NCBI GenBank assembly: GCA_951406725.2
Contig: OX597833.1
Coordinates: forward strand, 49,352,001-49,416,000
Direction: 5' to 3'
Origin: Octopus vulgaris
Lineage: Eukaryota
DNA: 64,000 nt
Notes under the pieces: model-generated
The model's input: the letters and a program-made list of their open reading frames with translations, nothing else
What the model was told of the DNA's origin: nothing
The model's database searches: none
Program-made: the position numbers and the translations under genes
Shown: positions 40,002 through 54,625 of the stretch, piece by piece
How the letters are laid out: each line of letters starts with the position of its first letter
Numbering within the stretch: position 1 is the stretch's first letter

Positions 40002-40918
40002 ACCCCGAAAGGATGAAAGGCAAAGTCGACCTCGGCGGAATTTGAACTCAGAATGTAAAGACAGGCGAAATACCTATTTCTTTACTACCCACAAAGTTAC
40101 TCTCCCAGGCACAAGTCCAGACAAACAACGACAGACAAACGGATTAAGTCGATTATATCGACCCCAGTGCGTAACTGGTACTTATTTAATCGACCTCGAA
40201 AGGATGAAAGGTAAAGTCGACCTCGGCAGAATTTGAACTCAGACCGTAACGGCAAACGAAATACTGCTAAGCATTTCGCCCGGCCTGCTAACGTTTCTGC
40301 CAGCTCGCCGCCTTCCTAATCTATAATATTCTTTTCTACTCTAGGCACAAGGCCAGAAATTTTGGGGGAGAGGGCTAGTCGATTAGTTCGACCCCAGTAC
40401 ACAATTGGTACTTGATTTATCGACTCCAAAAGGATGAAAGGCAAAGTCGACCTCGGCGGGGTTTGAACTCAGAACGTAGCGGCAGATGAAATAGCTATTT
40501 CTTTATTACCCACAAGGGGCTAAACATAGAGGGGACAAACAAGGACAGACAAACGGATTAAGTTGATTATATCGACCCGAATGTGTAACTTGTACTTAAT
40601 TTATCGACCCCGAAAGGATGAAAGGTAAAGTCGACCTCGGCGGAATTTGAACTCAGAACGTAGCGGCAGACGAAATATCTATTTCTATTTCTTTACTACC
40701 CACAAGGGGATAAACACAGAGAGGACAAACAAGGACAGACAAACGGATTAAGTCGATTACATCGACCCCAGTGCGTAACTGGTACTTATTTAATCGACGT
40801 CGAAAGGATGAAAGGCAAAGTCGACCTCGGTGGAATTTGAACTCAGAATATAAAGACAGACGAAACATCGCAAAGCATTTTGCCCGACGTGCTAACGATT
40901 CTGCCAGCTGGCCGCCTT
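40002..40918 (-). mobile_element. SINE family B array (two heads, about five units)
   Basis: Heads end near 40312 and 40918, with repeated ~185-bp units. Confidence 0.9.
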
Positions 40919-41410
40919 CTTAATTTGTAATAAATATATGGTAATATGATTTTTAAAGACATGCAACGACTAGGAGGGTTCCTCCGAGTAAAATATAAAT
41001 CAAAGGGGTCCGTGGGTAAAAAATGGTTGAGAAACATTGCTTTATATCTTTCGCCAAGGCCTGTGTTCATATGCTACTTGTGCTTGTTAGTCTGTATTGG
41101 AGCTGGGTAAGTCCCTTGAAGGGTTTAGTCAAACAAATTGACCCTAGTGTTTATCTTTTAAAGTTTGGTACTTATCCAAACGGTTCATTTGCTGAACTAT
41201 TGAAATTCTTCAAGACTGTATCTCAACATGGCCGCAGTCAGATAACTGAAACAAGTAAAAGATAAAAAGATGTATAATATGCATACATACATACATACAT
41301 ACATACATACATACATACATACATACATACATGCACATATAAGTACACAAATGATCCACGCAGAAACACACACACACACGTATATTCATACATACATACT
41401 TACTATACTT

Positions 41411-41449
<39 letters not shown>

Positions 41450-41479
41450 TATATATATATGTATATGTATATATATATA

Positions 41480-41537
<58 letters not shown>

Positions 41538-41566
41538 TATGTATATATATATATGTGCATATATAT

Positions 41567-41602
<36 letters not shown>

Positions 41603-41748
41603 AAATATATGATCAATCATTTGATAGAAGTGGAGGTAAGTTGAACGTGAGAGAGTGTAGAGACTGTCTCAAATAGAGTGAAATATATATATTTATATAT
41701 ATATATATGTGTGTGTGTATACATGCATACGCACACACACACACACAT

Positions 41749-41783
<35 letters not shown>

Positions 41784-42476
41784 GTGAGAGAGCGGGATAT
41801 GCGTTATTATAAGTACACAAATCACAAATGATCCATGCAGAAACACATACACATATATTCATATATATATATATATATATAAATAAATGTACGTATATTT
41901 TGTGTATGTGTGTGCGTGTGTATATAAATATATGTAATATGTATATGTAGTATGTATGTATAAGCACACATATACACTCACACATATATATATATACGTA
42001 TGATTTTTGTCTATGCTAGTAAATATATGATCAACCATTAAATGTGAACTTAAATATTGAATGACATCGTAAAGCAATTGTTATAGTTTTGGGTAAAAAT
42101 CAATAAGGTATATATTTCACAGCATGAACCATGTTGCATATCATTGAATTTCATGTTTGTCCAGAAGTAATGAAGAGAGGGCCAAGATGCGGCGGGAGGC
42201 TGCGGCAAAAAAAAAAAAAAGAAATAGGAAAAAAAAAAAAAAACGGGCGGAAACATATTTCGTGATGAAAGATTTGATGGTCGATGACGAATATGTAATA
42301 TGAAAGAACGGCGAACGATGGTAGGCGTTTGGTGAAGAAAGAAATTGGAAGAAGGAAGAAGGAAGAAGGAACGGGAGTTGAAGAAGCGAAGCCGAGGGGG
42401 TTGAGAGAGGGAATTCGGAGTGAAATTCGGGTGAGGCTATAAAGAAATATTGATGTGCATATTTGATCTCAGTGTG

Positions 42477-42577
<101 letters not shown>

Positions 42578-42769
42578 CTTAAAATTTGATAGAATGGGAG
42601 GTAAGTTGAACGTGGGAGATAGTGTAGAGACTGTCTCAAATAGAGAGAAAGATATATATATATATACATATATACACATACATACATACATATATATATA
42701 TATATGTATGTATATGTATGTGTATATATTTATGCATATATGAATATACATGTATACATATATATATGT

Positions 42770-42864
<95 letters not shown>

Positions 42865-42990
42865 AAGAGAGGGGATATGCCTTATTTTGCAAAAGTCTAT
42901 GTTGATAAGCATAAAGTTCTTGGAAAGGTCTCCAGTGAGATGTATGTTAAAGAGACTTCAGATAGCAGAGGGATGGAAGCGGCCACATAT

Positions 42991-43058
<68 letters not shown>

Positions 43059-43216
43059 ACATGCATACACATAGAAATAAACAGGGAGCTAAAGAGATGG
43101 AGACTGAAAAATTTATCAAGAAATATAGATAAAATTCGAAGAGCAAATGAAATGGGAAAGCGAGAGATAAAAGCCGGAAGAAGGAATAGAAAGTAGGAAA
43201 GAGAGAAAGAGAGAGC

Positions 43217-43249
<33 letters not shown>

Positions 43250-44025
43250 GGAGAGAGAGAGAGAAAGAGAGGGAGAGAGGGGGATGGATGAGTAATTAGA
43301 AAGCTACAAAGCGATGTACGAAAGGCTGGTGGTTGTGGTGGCAAAGAGTAAAGTTATGGGTGACAACCTGCTAGAAGATATCGTATCGGATATTCTGAAG
43401 CGCTACAAGTGAATCCCACACACAACCGAACCCAGCAAATATTTATAACGTGTCATAAGCGACCTGTAGGCTCCAGTAAATCTAGCTTAGCATATCGTTA
43501 GCCGAACAGCTGTTGTAGGGGAAGGGACACTTACGTCAGCTAAATATTTCCTCAGTCATTCCTGTGGCTTCTACCTTTCCATAACAGATTAGTCATCATC
43601 AGCTCCTGTCGGATATTTTATCCGACGTCATCGACACCGCTACTAAACATAAATTCCTTGACGGACGGACGGCCGGACGGACTGATTACAAAACTGTACG
43701 GATGCAGGGAATGGAATGGGCGGATGGGTGTTGAGGGAAAGAGAAGTTGCTATACAGGTCAGTGTCTGAGAGCAAGGGAGAGAAAGGGAGAGAGGGAGAC
43801 TGAATGGCTACTTTTAAGACTGAAAATTTGAAATAAATAACCGAGGAGTCATTAGTAAAAATGTAAGGGCTGATTGTAAAAGCAGGCAATTTGTGAGTGG
43901 AGTCATAAAAATGGGGGGAAAATGAAACACAGAAGGGAGTAGACTAATGGAGAAAACGACACACACATGGGTATATATACACACACATACAACATTATTA
44001 ATATGTAGTTGTGTGCGCTTAGTAA

Positions 44026-44076
<51 letters not shown>

Positions 44077-44229
44077 ACACAGACTCACAGACTCACAGAC
44101 ACACAGACACAGACACAGACACACACACACGCACACACACACACATATATATATCGTCACTAATTGTGACTAAGGGTTCCGAAGTACCAAAAAATAAGAG
44201 TGAAAAACAATGCTGTAAGAAGCGTGCAG

Positions 44230-44283
<54 letters not shown>

Positions 44284-44373
44284 TGTATGTATGTATGTAT
44301 GTAGGTTTGCATGTATGTATGTATGTATGTATGTATGTATGTATGTATGTATGTGCGTGTGTGTGAGTGTATA

Positions 44374-44515
44374 CAGGAGGGGTGTATGAAAATTCTTGAG
44401 CCTTACAAAAATACAAAAGATGGTACAAGACTTGAAGTCTTGTATCTTCTGGTGAACATACAAGACTTCAAGGCTCAAAGGCCTTGAAGGCTTAAAACTT
44501 TTCATGCATCCCTCG
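44374..44515. mobile_element. Tc1/mariner-type MITE (~140 bp)
   Basis: Imperfect TIRs gaggggtgtatgaaaattcttgagcct / aggcttaaaacttttcatgcatccctc with TA on both sides; internal palindrome tacaagact-tga-agtcttgta. Confidence 0.7.
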
Positions 44516-44627
44516 TATATACAGTATATTCACTGACAGGGGATTGTGTATATTATATTGACTGTTTCTTACAGTATTAAGACTTTTTGTCTCTTATTTT
44601 TTGCAATATAGATGATATATATATAGA

Positions 44628-44692
<65 letters not shown>

Positions 44693-44696
<4 letters not shown>

Positions 44697-45063
44697 ATCA
44701 GAAATAAGCAACAAGAATGAATCCGGTAATTTAGTACAATTGTTTCATATTACAACATTTTATTAAAAGCTGTAAATATTACAGCAGATTTAAAATGCCG
44801 AGTAATCTTCAGCTAATTTTATATAGGTTTTCCAATAATATAAAGCTCTCAGATCTACATCTTTATCTGTATATTTACCTTCCCTAAGATGTTATTAATT
44901 GATCTGAGAACTTTATGTTATTGGAAAACCTATATAAAATTAGCTGAAGATTACTCGGCATCTTAAATCTGCTGTAATATTTACAGCATTTGATAAAATG
45001 TTGTAGTATGAAACAATTGTACTAAATTACCGGATTCATTATTGTTGCTTATTTCTGATTATA
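44693..45063. repeat. 163-bp inverted repeat with a 45-bp spacer, inserted in (TA)n; each arm carries a hammerhead-like motif
   Basis: Arms 44693-44855 and 44901-45063, with 7 mismatches by manual comparison. Confidence 0.95.
44938..45028 (+). ncRNA. Type I hammerhead-like motif with long stem II (mirror copy at 44728-44818 on the minus strand)
   Basis: ttag-CTGAAGA (44944-44950)-long hairpin including tgctgtaa/ttacagca-GAAAC-aatt-GTA (45010-45021)-ctaa. Stem I ttag/ctaa is correctly positioned; stem III is the palindrome ACAATTGT. Confidence 0.65.
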
Positions 45064-45210
45064 ATCACCCCGCATATTTTTATGGGTAACACTATAAAAA
45101 ATTCTGGTGCATCTAAATTAAGTGCCATATTCATTTGAATCTAAATTGTTGCTGAACTTATATATATATATATATATGTACATATATATATATACATGTA
45201 TACATATATA

Positions 45211-45349
45211 TATTTCTTTATTGCCCACAAGGGGCTAAACATAGAGAGGACAAACAAGGACAGACAAAGGGTTTAAGTTGATTACATCGACCCCAGTGCG
45301 CAACTGGTACTTTATTTATCGACCCCGAAAGGATGAAAGGCAAAATCGA
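45211..45349 (-). mobile_element. SINE family B, partial unit
   Basis: tatttctttattgcccacaagggg...gaaaggcaaaatcga. Confidence 0.85.
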
Positions 45350-45763
45350 ATATATGTATACATGTATATTCATATATGCATAAATATATACAGATACATA
45401 TACATGCACATATACATATACATACACACACACAAATACGTACACAGAAGCACACATGTGGTGCACATGCGTACACACATAGATACATAGATACACGCAC
45501 ACACTCACACGCGCGATTGTATGATAAAGCGGCGGCTGATAATACCTGTAGCCGTTATATGCAATAGAATAGACTTTGCTAGAAGTCTCAAAACTAGACA
45601 GTGTGTAAAACTGGGCTACAGGTTAAATCTACTAGCCATTGAAATTTAACCACTAGTATAAAGTTAATTAATTTAGTAGGTAAACTAGACAACTAACTGA
45701 TCCTCAGCTAGTTGGAAATCCGTTGAGACTCAATATAATTTAATACAGTTTAGTTAAGTTAAA

Positions 45764-46155
45764 TCTCTCTATATATAAAGCTGAAGTTGTCTGTGTATGG
45801 CAGGTTCGGTAGCCTTCAACTAGCACTATCTCCTCCGAGACCCTGCGGCGCAAGTTGACCAAAATTGAAAGTATGATAGAAGAAGGATTTCTCTTCCTTC
45901 CGTAGAAGAAAAAATTCAAATCGGACCATATTAAGACCAAAAATGATTTACATCAAAATGGTGCTTTTTTTCTATGAAAATCCCTATTTTTTACGATTTT
46001 TTGACTGCTGTATCGCCATTTTTCGGTGTATTTCAATCAGAAAAATGTTCACTTGAAGAGAATAACAAGCTACATAATGCAGAACTTTTACTTTTCAAAA
46101 ATTCCAAATTTGAAGAGACAAAACAAACCCGAGCAACGCCGGGAGATACTGCTAG
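45764..46155 (+). mobile_element. Non-autonomous Helitron, second subfamily
   Basis: A|TCtctctatatataaag start and the same 3' end aaacccgagcaacgccgggagatactgCTAG|T, but a largely different interior. Confidence 0.82.
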
Positions 46156-46675
46156 TATTTTATATTTTAATATTTTAAAATGTTTCAGCTGCAAAGCTGT
46201 GGTAATGCTGGAGCATCACCATTTACTGAGCTGCACCATTATTTGGAACCTTCTCTAATATGTAGCATTTGGTCAATGAAGGTGTCTGATGCTGCTGCCC
46301 TCATCTGTGCTTCCTGCTGTGAGGTAGGTTCGTCTGGAACCCGTAACATGAGATTCACTTTTGTTTTAAAGATACTTACATCCACACCATGAAGCATTTT
46401 GGAAGGATATTAAAGAGCTGTGGGCCCTTGAAGCCCAAGTTGTTGCAGTGTCTGGTCCTGTATCTTGATAGCGATGCTGGGATCCTTGGTGCTATGTAGT
46501 GGCGCCCCGTTCTGCAGTTTGAATAACTGTCAATGCCAAAGTTTGGCACAAGGCCTTCTAGAATTTTCCAGATGTATATCACTGCATATCTCTCCCGCCT
46601 TCGTTCCAGGGAGAAGAGTTTAAATTCTTTCAGTCTTTCCCAGTAGCTGACATGTTGCATCGAGACGATTTTCAT
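46156..46675 (-). pseudogene. 5'-truncated CR1/L2-group LINE, ORF2 C-terminus plus 3' UTR
   Basis: SYWERLKEFKLFSLERRRERYAVIYIWKILEGLVPN...GPQLFNILPK; 3' end gctccagcattaccacagctttgcagctgaaaca. Confidence 0.88.
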
Positions 46676-47432
46676 TTCAAAATTTATGGAGAATTTAACG
46701 GACGGTACGAATACAGTGACAGGCAAAGATACTGGTAGCAAACGCGTGGGTCAATTTCTAAAACCTCTTTGGCAAATCAATAATATCAGAATTGTCGGTT
46801 CGTAGTACGCTGTACGGACATGTCAGAACAAGGCAACATTTCTTTGATTATTTGGTATATTCATCTTTCTAACTCAGCCATTCATCCACGTAAACAGTAA
46901 ATATTGTAAGAGTATTCCCTCTACGCCATACTTGGCATCTCCTCCATCTTTTAAAACGAAACGTTGTACTTTCCATATTTATTTCTTCTATGCAGTTCTG
47001 ATAACCACATATGTTTTCATATTTTATATTTATATTTTATGTGTGTTTGTTATTTTGTTTTGTTTTTAATATTATCATTCTGCATGGAAGTGTTTTATCT
47101 CTTCTTTTCTTACCTTGTACTATATATTCTCTTTCTATGTTTTTGTTTTTGAGATCCAAAAGATATGCTCCACTTTTATAACAGATCTTAATAGATCATT
47201 TTTATTTCATATCATTTCATATAGAAATTATTGAATAAAAATGTCAGCGGTTTCAGGTTTCAAACGGAAAAACCACTGAATTTTTTCACAATGTGAATGA
47301 TAAGAAAGGGAGTTTCTGTAACTCAGTACAGAACAGAACAGTATATCGCTTAAGATTTCACTCGAAGACCAAAGGCCTACGTGGTAAATATATCTTTTCG
47401 GACATCTCGCCTTTGATGTTCATCAAGAATGA

Positions 47433-47478
<46 letters not shown>

Positions 47479-47932
47479 TATATAGATAGATAGATAGACA
47501 CACAGACAGAGAGAAGCAGATATGTTTGGTTAAAAAGATTGCTCCGCAATCACTTTGTTTTGGGTTTGATTCCACTTCACAGCACGTTGGTCAATTGTCT
47601 TCTATTACATCTTCGGACTGAACAACACTTTGTAAATGGAAACGGTGTGGAATCCTGCCTTAAACATAGTTAACCATGCGTATTTGTGTGATTGTGTGCC
47701 CGCGTTTGTGTGTGTGCGTGCCTGGGCGAACAAGAAAGTGTGCGTGATGGTGTTTATGAATTTATGTGTTTCAAATTACATCAGCGGTTAAAGCAAAAAC
47801 CGATGTTGTGTTAAAAGGGTGACTTAGATAATCGATAACATAAAATCGATAAAATAAGTACCAGTCTGAAATGAGTACTAGTGTTGCTACGAGACACACC
47901 CTTCTATGGCGGACTTCGGTGAATGAAAGCAG

Positions 47933-48020
<88 letters not shown>

Positions 48021-48276
48021 CACACATGAGAATAATGAGATACCCATATCTACATGGCTGAAACAGCTGTAAGATGTAGTTTATATTTATATTTATATTT
48101 ATTTATATTCACTTATACATATTGTACTTATTGTATCATATTACCCATTGATGTGCATTGTTTTGTTCTGTACTATTATGTTTGACCTTGATGTTCATAT
48201 GTAGTGGGTTAATAAATTATGTAATTGGGTATTATCTGGTAGTTGATTATTGATTTAGGTGTATTTCTCCATTTTC

Positions 48277-48333
<57 letters not shown>

Positions 48334-48364
48334 CACAAACACACAAATGCACACATACTTTTTT

Positions 48365-48530
48365 CTTTTATTCTTTTACTTGTTTTAGTCCTTTGACTGC
48401 AGCCATGCTGGAGCACCGCCTTGAAGGGTTTTAGTCGAACAAATCAACCTCTGGACTTATTTCTTAAGTAAACACTCCAGTACCTGTAGCCAAGCGGTGA
48501 TGGGGGGACAAAGCAAACACAGACACAAAG

Positions 48531-48604
<74 letters not shown>

Positions 48605-48753
48605 ACAAACACACACACACACACATATATACGACGTTTTCTTTTTCAGTTTCCGTCTACCAAATCCACTCGCAAGGGCTTTGGTTGGCCCGAGGCTATA
48701 GCAGAAGACACTTTCCCAGGGTACGACGCAGTGGGACTGAACCCGGAACCATG
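48365..48753 (-). mobile_element. SINE family A with internal deletion
   Basis: Family A tail, (CA)n and body. Confidence 0.88.
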
Positions 48754-48853
48754 TTTATATATTTGTTTTGCAAAATTCTTGATGTGAATACGTGTGTTGA
48801 AACAAATATTGTTATACTTCGGGACGCTCATACTTTTGCCAATTAAACACACG

Positions 48854-48899
<46 letters not shown>

Positions 48900-48900
48900 G

Positions 48901-49532
<632 letters not shown>

Positions 49533-49547
49533 ATATATATATATATA

Positions 49548-50128
49548 TGCTCTCAGCTATGGTCACCATCCAGTGTCAAGTTGATCACAGAACTTGAGGC
49601 GATCCAACGTAGCTACACGAAGAAGATAGCCTCTATGCAGAATATAAGCTACTGGGAAAGACTCAAGAGATTAAAACTCTATTCCTTGGAGCGTAGGCGA
49701 GAAAGATATGCCATAATATACATCTGGAAGATCCTGGAGGGACTTGTCCCAAACTTTGGCATCGAGAGTTACACAAATGCCAGAACTGGGCGCCACTGCG
49801 TGGTGCCTAGGACTCCAAAGATACTGTGATAGCCTGGGCTTCCGAAGCCCACAGCTCTTCAATATCCTCCCGAAGAACCTAAGAGACCTGCATGGGGTGG
49901 ATGCAGATGTCTTTAAAATGAAACTGGATCTCTTCCTGTCAGGTATCCCAGATGAACCAACTTCACGGCAGGAGGTGCAGATGAGGGCAGCTGCATCGAA
50001 CTCTCTCATGCACCAAATGGCAGTGGCTGAAAAGCATTCGTGAAGTAAAACCATGTAGCAACACCAAATGGCGGTGCCCCAGCATGGCCACAGCTCATGA
50101 GCTGAAACTAGAATCAATCAATCAATCA

Positions 50129-50131
<3 letters not shown>
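49548..50131 (+). pseudogene. 5'-truncated CR1/L2-group LINE, related to 46156-46675
   Basis: CSQLWSP...LEAIQRSYTK...SYWERLKRLKLYSLERRRERY, frameshift near 49820, then FKMKLDLFLSGIPDEP; (AATC)n tail. Confidence 0.9.
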
Positions 50132-50187
<56 letters not shown>

Positions 50188-50507
50188 GTGCACGCGCACG
50201 CACACATACATACCTACCTACATAATATTAATACATGCACACATATTGTATATAGGAGTGCAAAGGGAGAGATATTACAGATAATGCATATTCATACTTT
50301 TAGATAGAGAGAAAAATAAAAAGTGTAAAGAGAAAAATAAAAAAATCTAATATTGATTGAAATTGGCCTATATGTCAAAGATCATTGCAATGCGGTAGTG
50401 GAGTGGTGGTGCGTGTTAGAAGTGTGCATGTGTGAGGTGGTAGTAGACGAACAGGGAAAAAGCCATTGCGAATAAACGTAAAGGAAATAATACAATATAC
50501 ATATATT

Positions 50508-50553
<46 letters not shown>

Positions 50554-50638
50554 CATATACACACACATATATATATATATATATATTTATATACATATAT
50601 ATATATATATGTATATATATATACATATATATATATAT

Positions 50639-50704
<66 letters not shown>

Positions 50705-51144
50705 GCATATATGTAATAAACACAGGACTTAAGTAAATAGACAGGAAATTGGGAAGCAAGCATCATAAAACATCAATGAATGATTTAAAAAATTCTATAA
50801 AAATATAAATAAAAAATCTTCGTATGAAAACAATAAATAAGTAAATAAAATAAATTAAAATAGAAGAAATATAATAAAATAAAATAAAATGAAATAAAAT
50901 ATATTGGATATTAGAATTAGCAACACTTGATATTTTAAAGTGGTAGTTAACATATCCCCAAAACGATCTTGGAAGGTAAATTGAGAATTGTCATGTGGAA
51001 AAGTATAACGTACGGCTAGAGATGGGAGGGATGATCTGTCTTGTATATACTATACGGGCACAGACAGTGTGTCGGTAGCCAACTGGGAAATATGTTTTCC
51101 TGGGGCTAAAAGACAGTCCTTCTATAGGACTGCCACATTATGTT

Positions 51145-51303
51145 GGCAAGTGGTAAGTAGCTTGCTTACTAACCACATGGTCCCGGGTTCAGTCCCACTG
51201 CGTGGCACCTTGGGCAAGTGTCTTCTGCTACAACCTCGGGCCGACCACAGCCTTGTGAGTGGATTTAGTAGACGGAAACTGAAAGAAGCCCGTCGTATAT
51301 ATG

Positions 51304-51351
<48 letters not shown>

Positions 51352-51544
51352 TCCCTCCAGCATCGCTTGAAAACCGATGGTGGTGTGTTTACGTCCTTGT
51401 AACTTAGCGGTTCGGCAAAAGGGACCGATAGAATAAGTACTGGGCTTACAAAGAATAAGTCCTGGGGTCGATTGGCTCGACTAAAAACGGTGCTCCAGCA
51501 TGGGCGCAGTCAGATGACTAAAACAAGTAAAAGAGTAAAAGAGT
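51145..51544 (+). mobile_element. SINE family A
   Basis: Body and tail are near consensus. Confidence 0.9.
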
Positions 51545-51747
51545 ATATATATATATATATATTTGTCCTGTACTCTATTTTTTTGTTGTTTAAGAAAAAT
51601 GTCCGGTCCCTTGGGTTTGTGTCTATGTTTTCGTTTCTCATTGTGTTCGATGTTTATTTGGTGTCCTGTACTCATATATGCGTGTATATATACATGTAGT
51701 GGTAGGTACGTACATATATGTATATATATATGCATATGTTTTATTTA

Positions 51748-51810
<63 letters not shown>

Positions 51811-52110
51811 TGTATACACATACAGATATCTATAAACTCTTTCTACGTTAAGTAGAAGATCTGAAGCTTTTGGAGATGGGGTAGAAGCTAGTCAATTACA
51901 TCGACCCCATTATTTTGGGTGGTGTTTTATTTTGTCGACCCCGAAAAGATGAAAGGAAAAGTTTGGCCGTGGTAGATTTGAACTCGGAACGTAAACAGTT
52001 GAAATAAATGCTAGGAGGCAATTTTTGGACCCGCTAACGATTTGCTAATTCCCCGCCTTTACTGATTTTAGATTTGACCATAAGGTAAATAGGTTCAGAG
52101 GAAATGATTA

Positions 52111-52530
52111 GGATCTTTTCGGTTTGAACAGCAGTTTTTTCTAGCGGTGTCATATGAAATTGTCACCCATAATTATGACCCTAGTATCGATCTATTGCAT
52201 TTCAATCTCTTTTAGGGTTAGAGTTATGGGTGGGGGGAAGTGTATCTGTTTTTCTTCACAAATGTAAATAAACCCAATCTGTTTCTTAAACGAGGGACAT
52301 ATTCATACGGCACAGAATGTTTTTTTTTTACCTCAATAAACGTCAGTGATTGGTTGAAATTGCAGAAATTGAAGAAAAAAACAAAAAATATCTTACAAAC
52401 TATAGAATTTTCTCAATAAAGCGAAGAGAAAAAGATGTTTTATAAACACATTCTGCCAGTATACGAAGTTTAAAATTTTTTAGTTACCTAGAAATTATGT
52501 TAAAAACTGCCGTTCAAACCGAAAAGATGC
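52111..52530. mobile_element. 420-bp non-autonomous TIR DNA transposon with an 8-bp TSD (Merlin- or hAT-like)
   Basis: TIRs ggatcttttcggtttgaacagcagttttt / aaaaactgccgttcaaaccgaaaagatgc; flanks aatgatta (52103-52110) and aatggtta (52531-52538). Confidence 0.82.
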
Positions 52531-52539
52531 AATGGTTAC

Positions 52540-53500
52540 CCCGATGCTTGACTGGTATTTTATTTTTTCAAAATCAAAAGGATGAAAGATAAAGCTGAGC
52601 TCTGCTGGATTTGAAATGAGAACGTAAAGACTTGGAAGAAATGCTACTAAGCGTTTGCCTACTCGTCTCCTTCATAAAACCCCTTTCTACAATAGGTACA
52701 AGGTCTGAAATTTTGAGGGAGCGGGATAGTCGATTGCTTCGATCTCAGCACTCAACCTGTACTTATTTTATCGACACCCCGAAAGAATGAGGGGCACAGT
52801 CGAACTCGGCGAAAAGATGTTGCCGTTAAGCATTTTGTCGCATTTTGTTCGACGCGCTAACGGTTCTATTAGGTCACCGCCTTATGTCGACCATGGCGGT
52901 ATTTGAATTTATAACGTATTTTGTTCGACATACTAACTATTCTGCTAATTCTGTTCTCACCACGTTTTGAACTATATTTTGATAATATCATTTAACTGTC
53001 GCTCTTGGGGCAATGACTAACTTCCCAATATATATAGAAAATTTCTACCGCACATGAACTGTGTCAATGCAAAGGAGTTAACTTCATATTTCTATGACAT
53101 CAATTTCCAGGTGAGAAGCAAGGCGATAACATTGATCTCGGTAACTGACTGCTACTTTCATTTCATCGACTCCGGAAGAATGAAAAGCAAAGCTGACTTT
53201 AGTGGGATTTGAACTCAGATCTTAAAGAGTCGGAAAAAAATGCTAACGATTCTACTAGTTCGTTGCCTTGCGCTAACTTTATATTGGTTTCAAATTTTGG
53301 CACGGAGTTAGCAGTTTCGGTGGAGGAGTAAGTCGATTACATTGCCTCCAGTGCTTAACTAGTACATATTTTATCGATCTGGAAAGGACGAAAGGCAAAG
53401 TCGACCTCGGCGGCATTTGAACTCAGAATGTAAAGACGAACGAAATGCTGCTAAGCATTTTGGCCAGCGCGGTAACAATTCTGCCAAGCTTGCCACCTTA
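52540..53500 (-). mobile_element. Cluster of old SINE family B monomers
   Basis: Several diverged gaaaggcaaagtcgac...atttgaactcag units. Confidence 0.75.
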
Positions 53501-53528
53501 GAGTTAACTTTATATTAGCAAGAGAACG

Positions 53529-53555
53529 CTGATGAGTAACTACAGAAACATAGTC
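53529..53555 (+). ncRNA. Minimal hammerhead-like core
   Basis: CTGATGA-gtaactaca-GAAAC-ata-GTC; stem I not evident. Confidence 0.35.
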
Positions 53556-53720
53556 AACACTTGATCGTTAATTACATATTGAACTTCAAGAAATACCATT
53601 TAATGCAACTTCTATATAATTACTCTTCTATATAATTACTCAGTCTGCTAGATTTAACGATCAAATCTTCAAGCTATACCCATCGGAATAAAGCATAATA
53701 GATAATACTGTGTAACACGA

Positions 53721-54143
53721 TTTTTGTCCTTCGGTAGCAACTATTATTTCCTCTTTGCTTCCTGCTAGAAAGTATGAAAAATGGCTAATATTTCCTTCAA
53801 ACTTTGCTGTTGTTACATTTATTTAACCCCCTAAGAATCCATCTCAACACATGGCTATGATGCTTCCCTATTATCCCTGCTCATGATTAGAGACATGCTT
53901 AAGTGCTTAAGGCCAAGCAACTGACAAGCAAATCTGTGGTATTGAGCAGATATTTGTTAAAACGATATTTCTACTTCAGCAATTCAGCGCTGAATCTGTC
54001 TGAAATGTAATGGAAAATAGGCCAGTTTCAAAACATTGATTTCTAGGTTACAAAAGCAAAAGTTGAAGGGAATAGTAGTCATTTCCTTTGATTTTTAGAC
54101 AGAAGCAAATAGGAAATAACACTTACTGACCAAAGACAAAAAA
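53721..54143. mobile_element. Old MITE with ~85-bp imperfect terminal inverted repeats
   Basis: ttatttcctctttgcttc...aaatggctaatatttccttcaaactttgct pairs with agcaaaagttgaagggaatagtagtcattt...gaagcaaataggaaataa. Confidence 0.6.
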
Positions 54144-54158
54144 AGAATAGAAATTTTC

Positions 54159-54625
<467 letters not shown>

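Noticed and set aside
52205-52240. Interstitial telomeric repeat
   Set aside because: There is only one exact TTAGGG, and it is internal to a TIR element.
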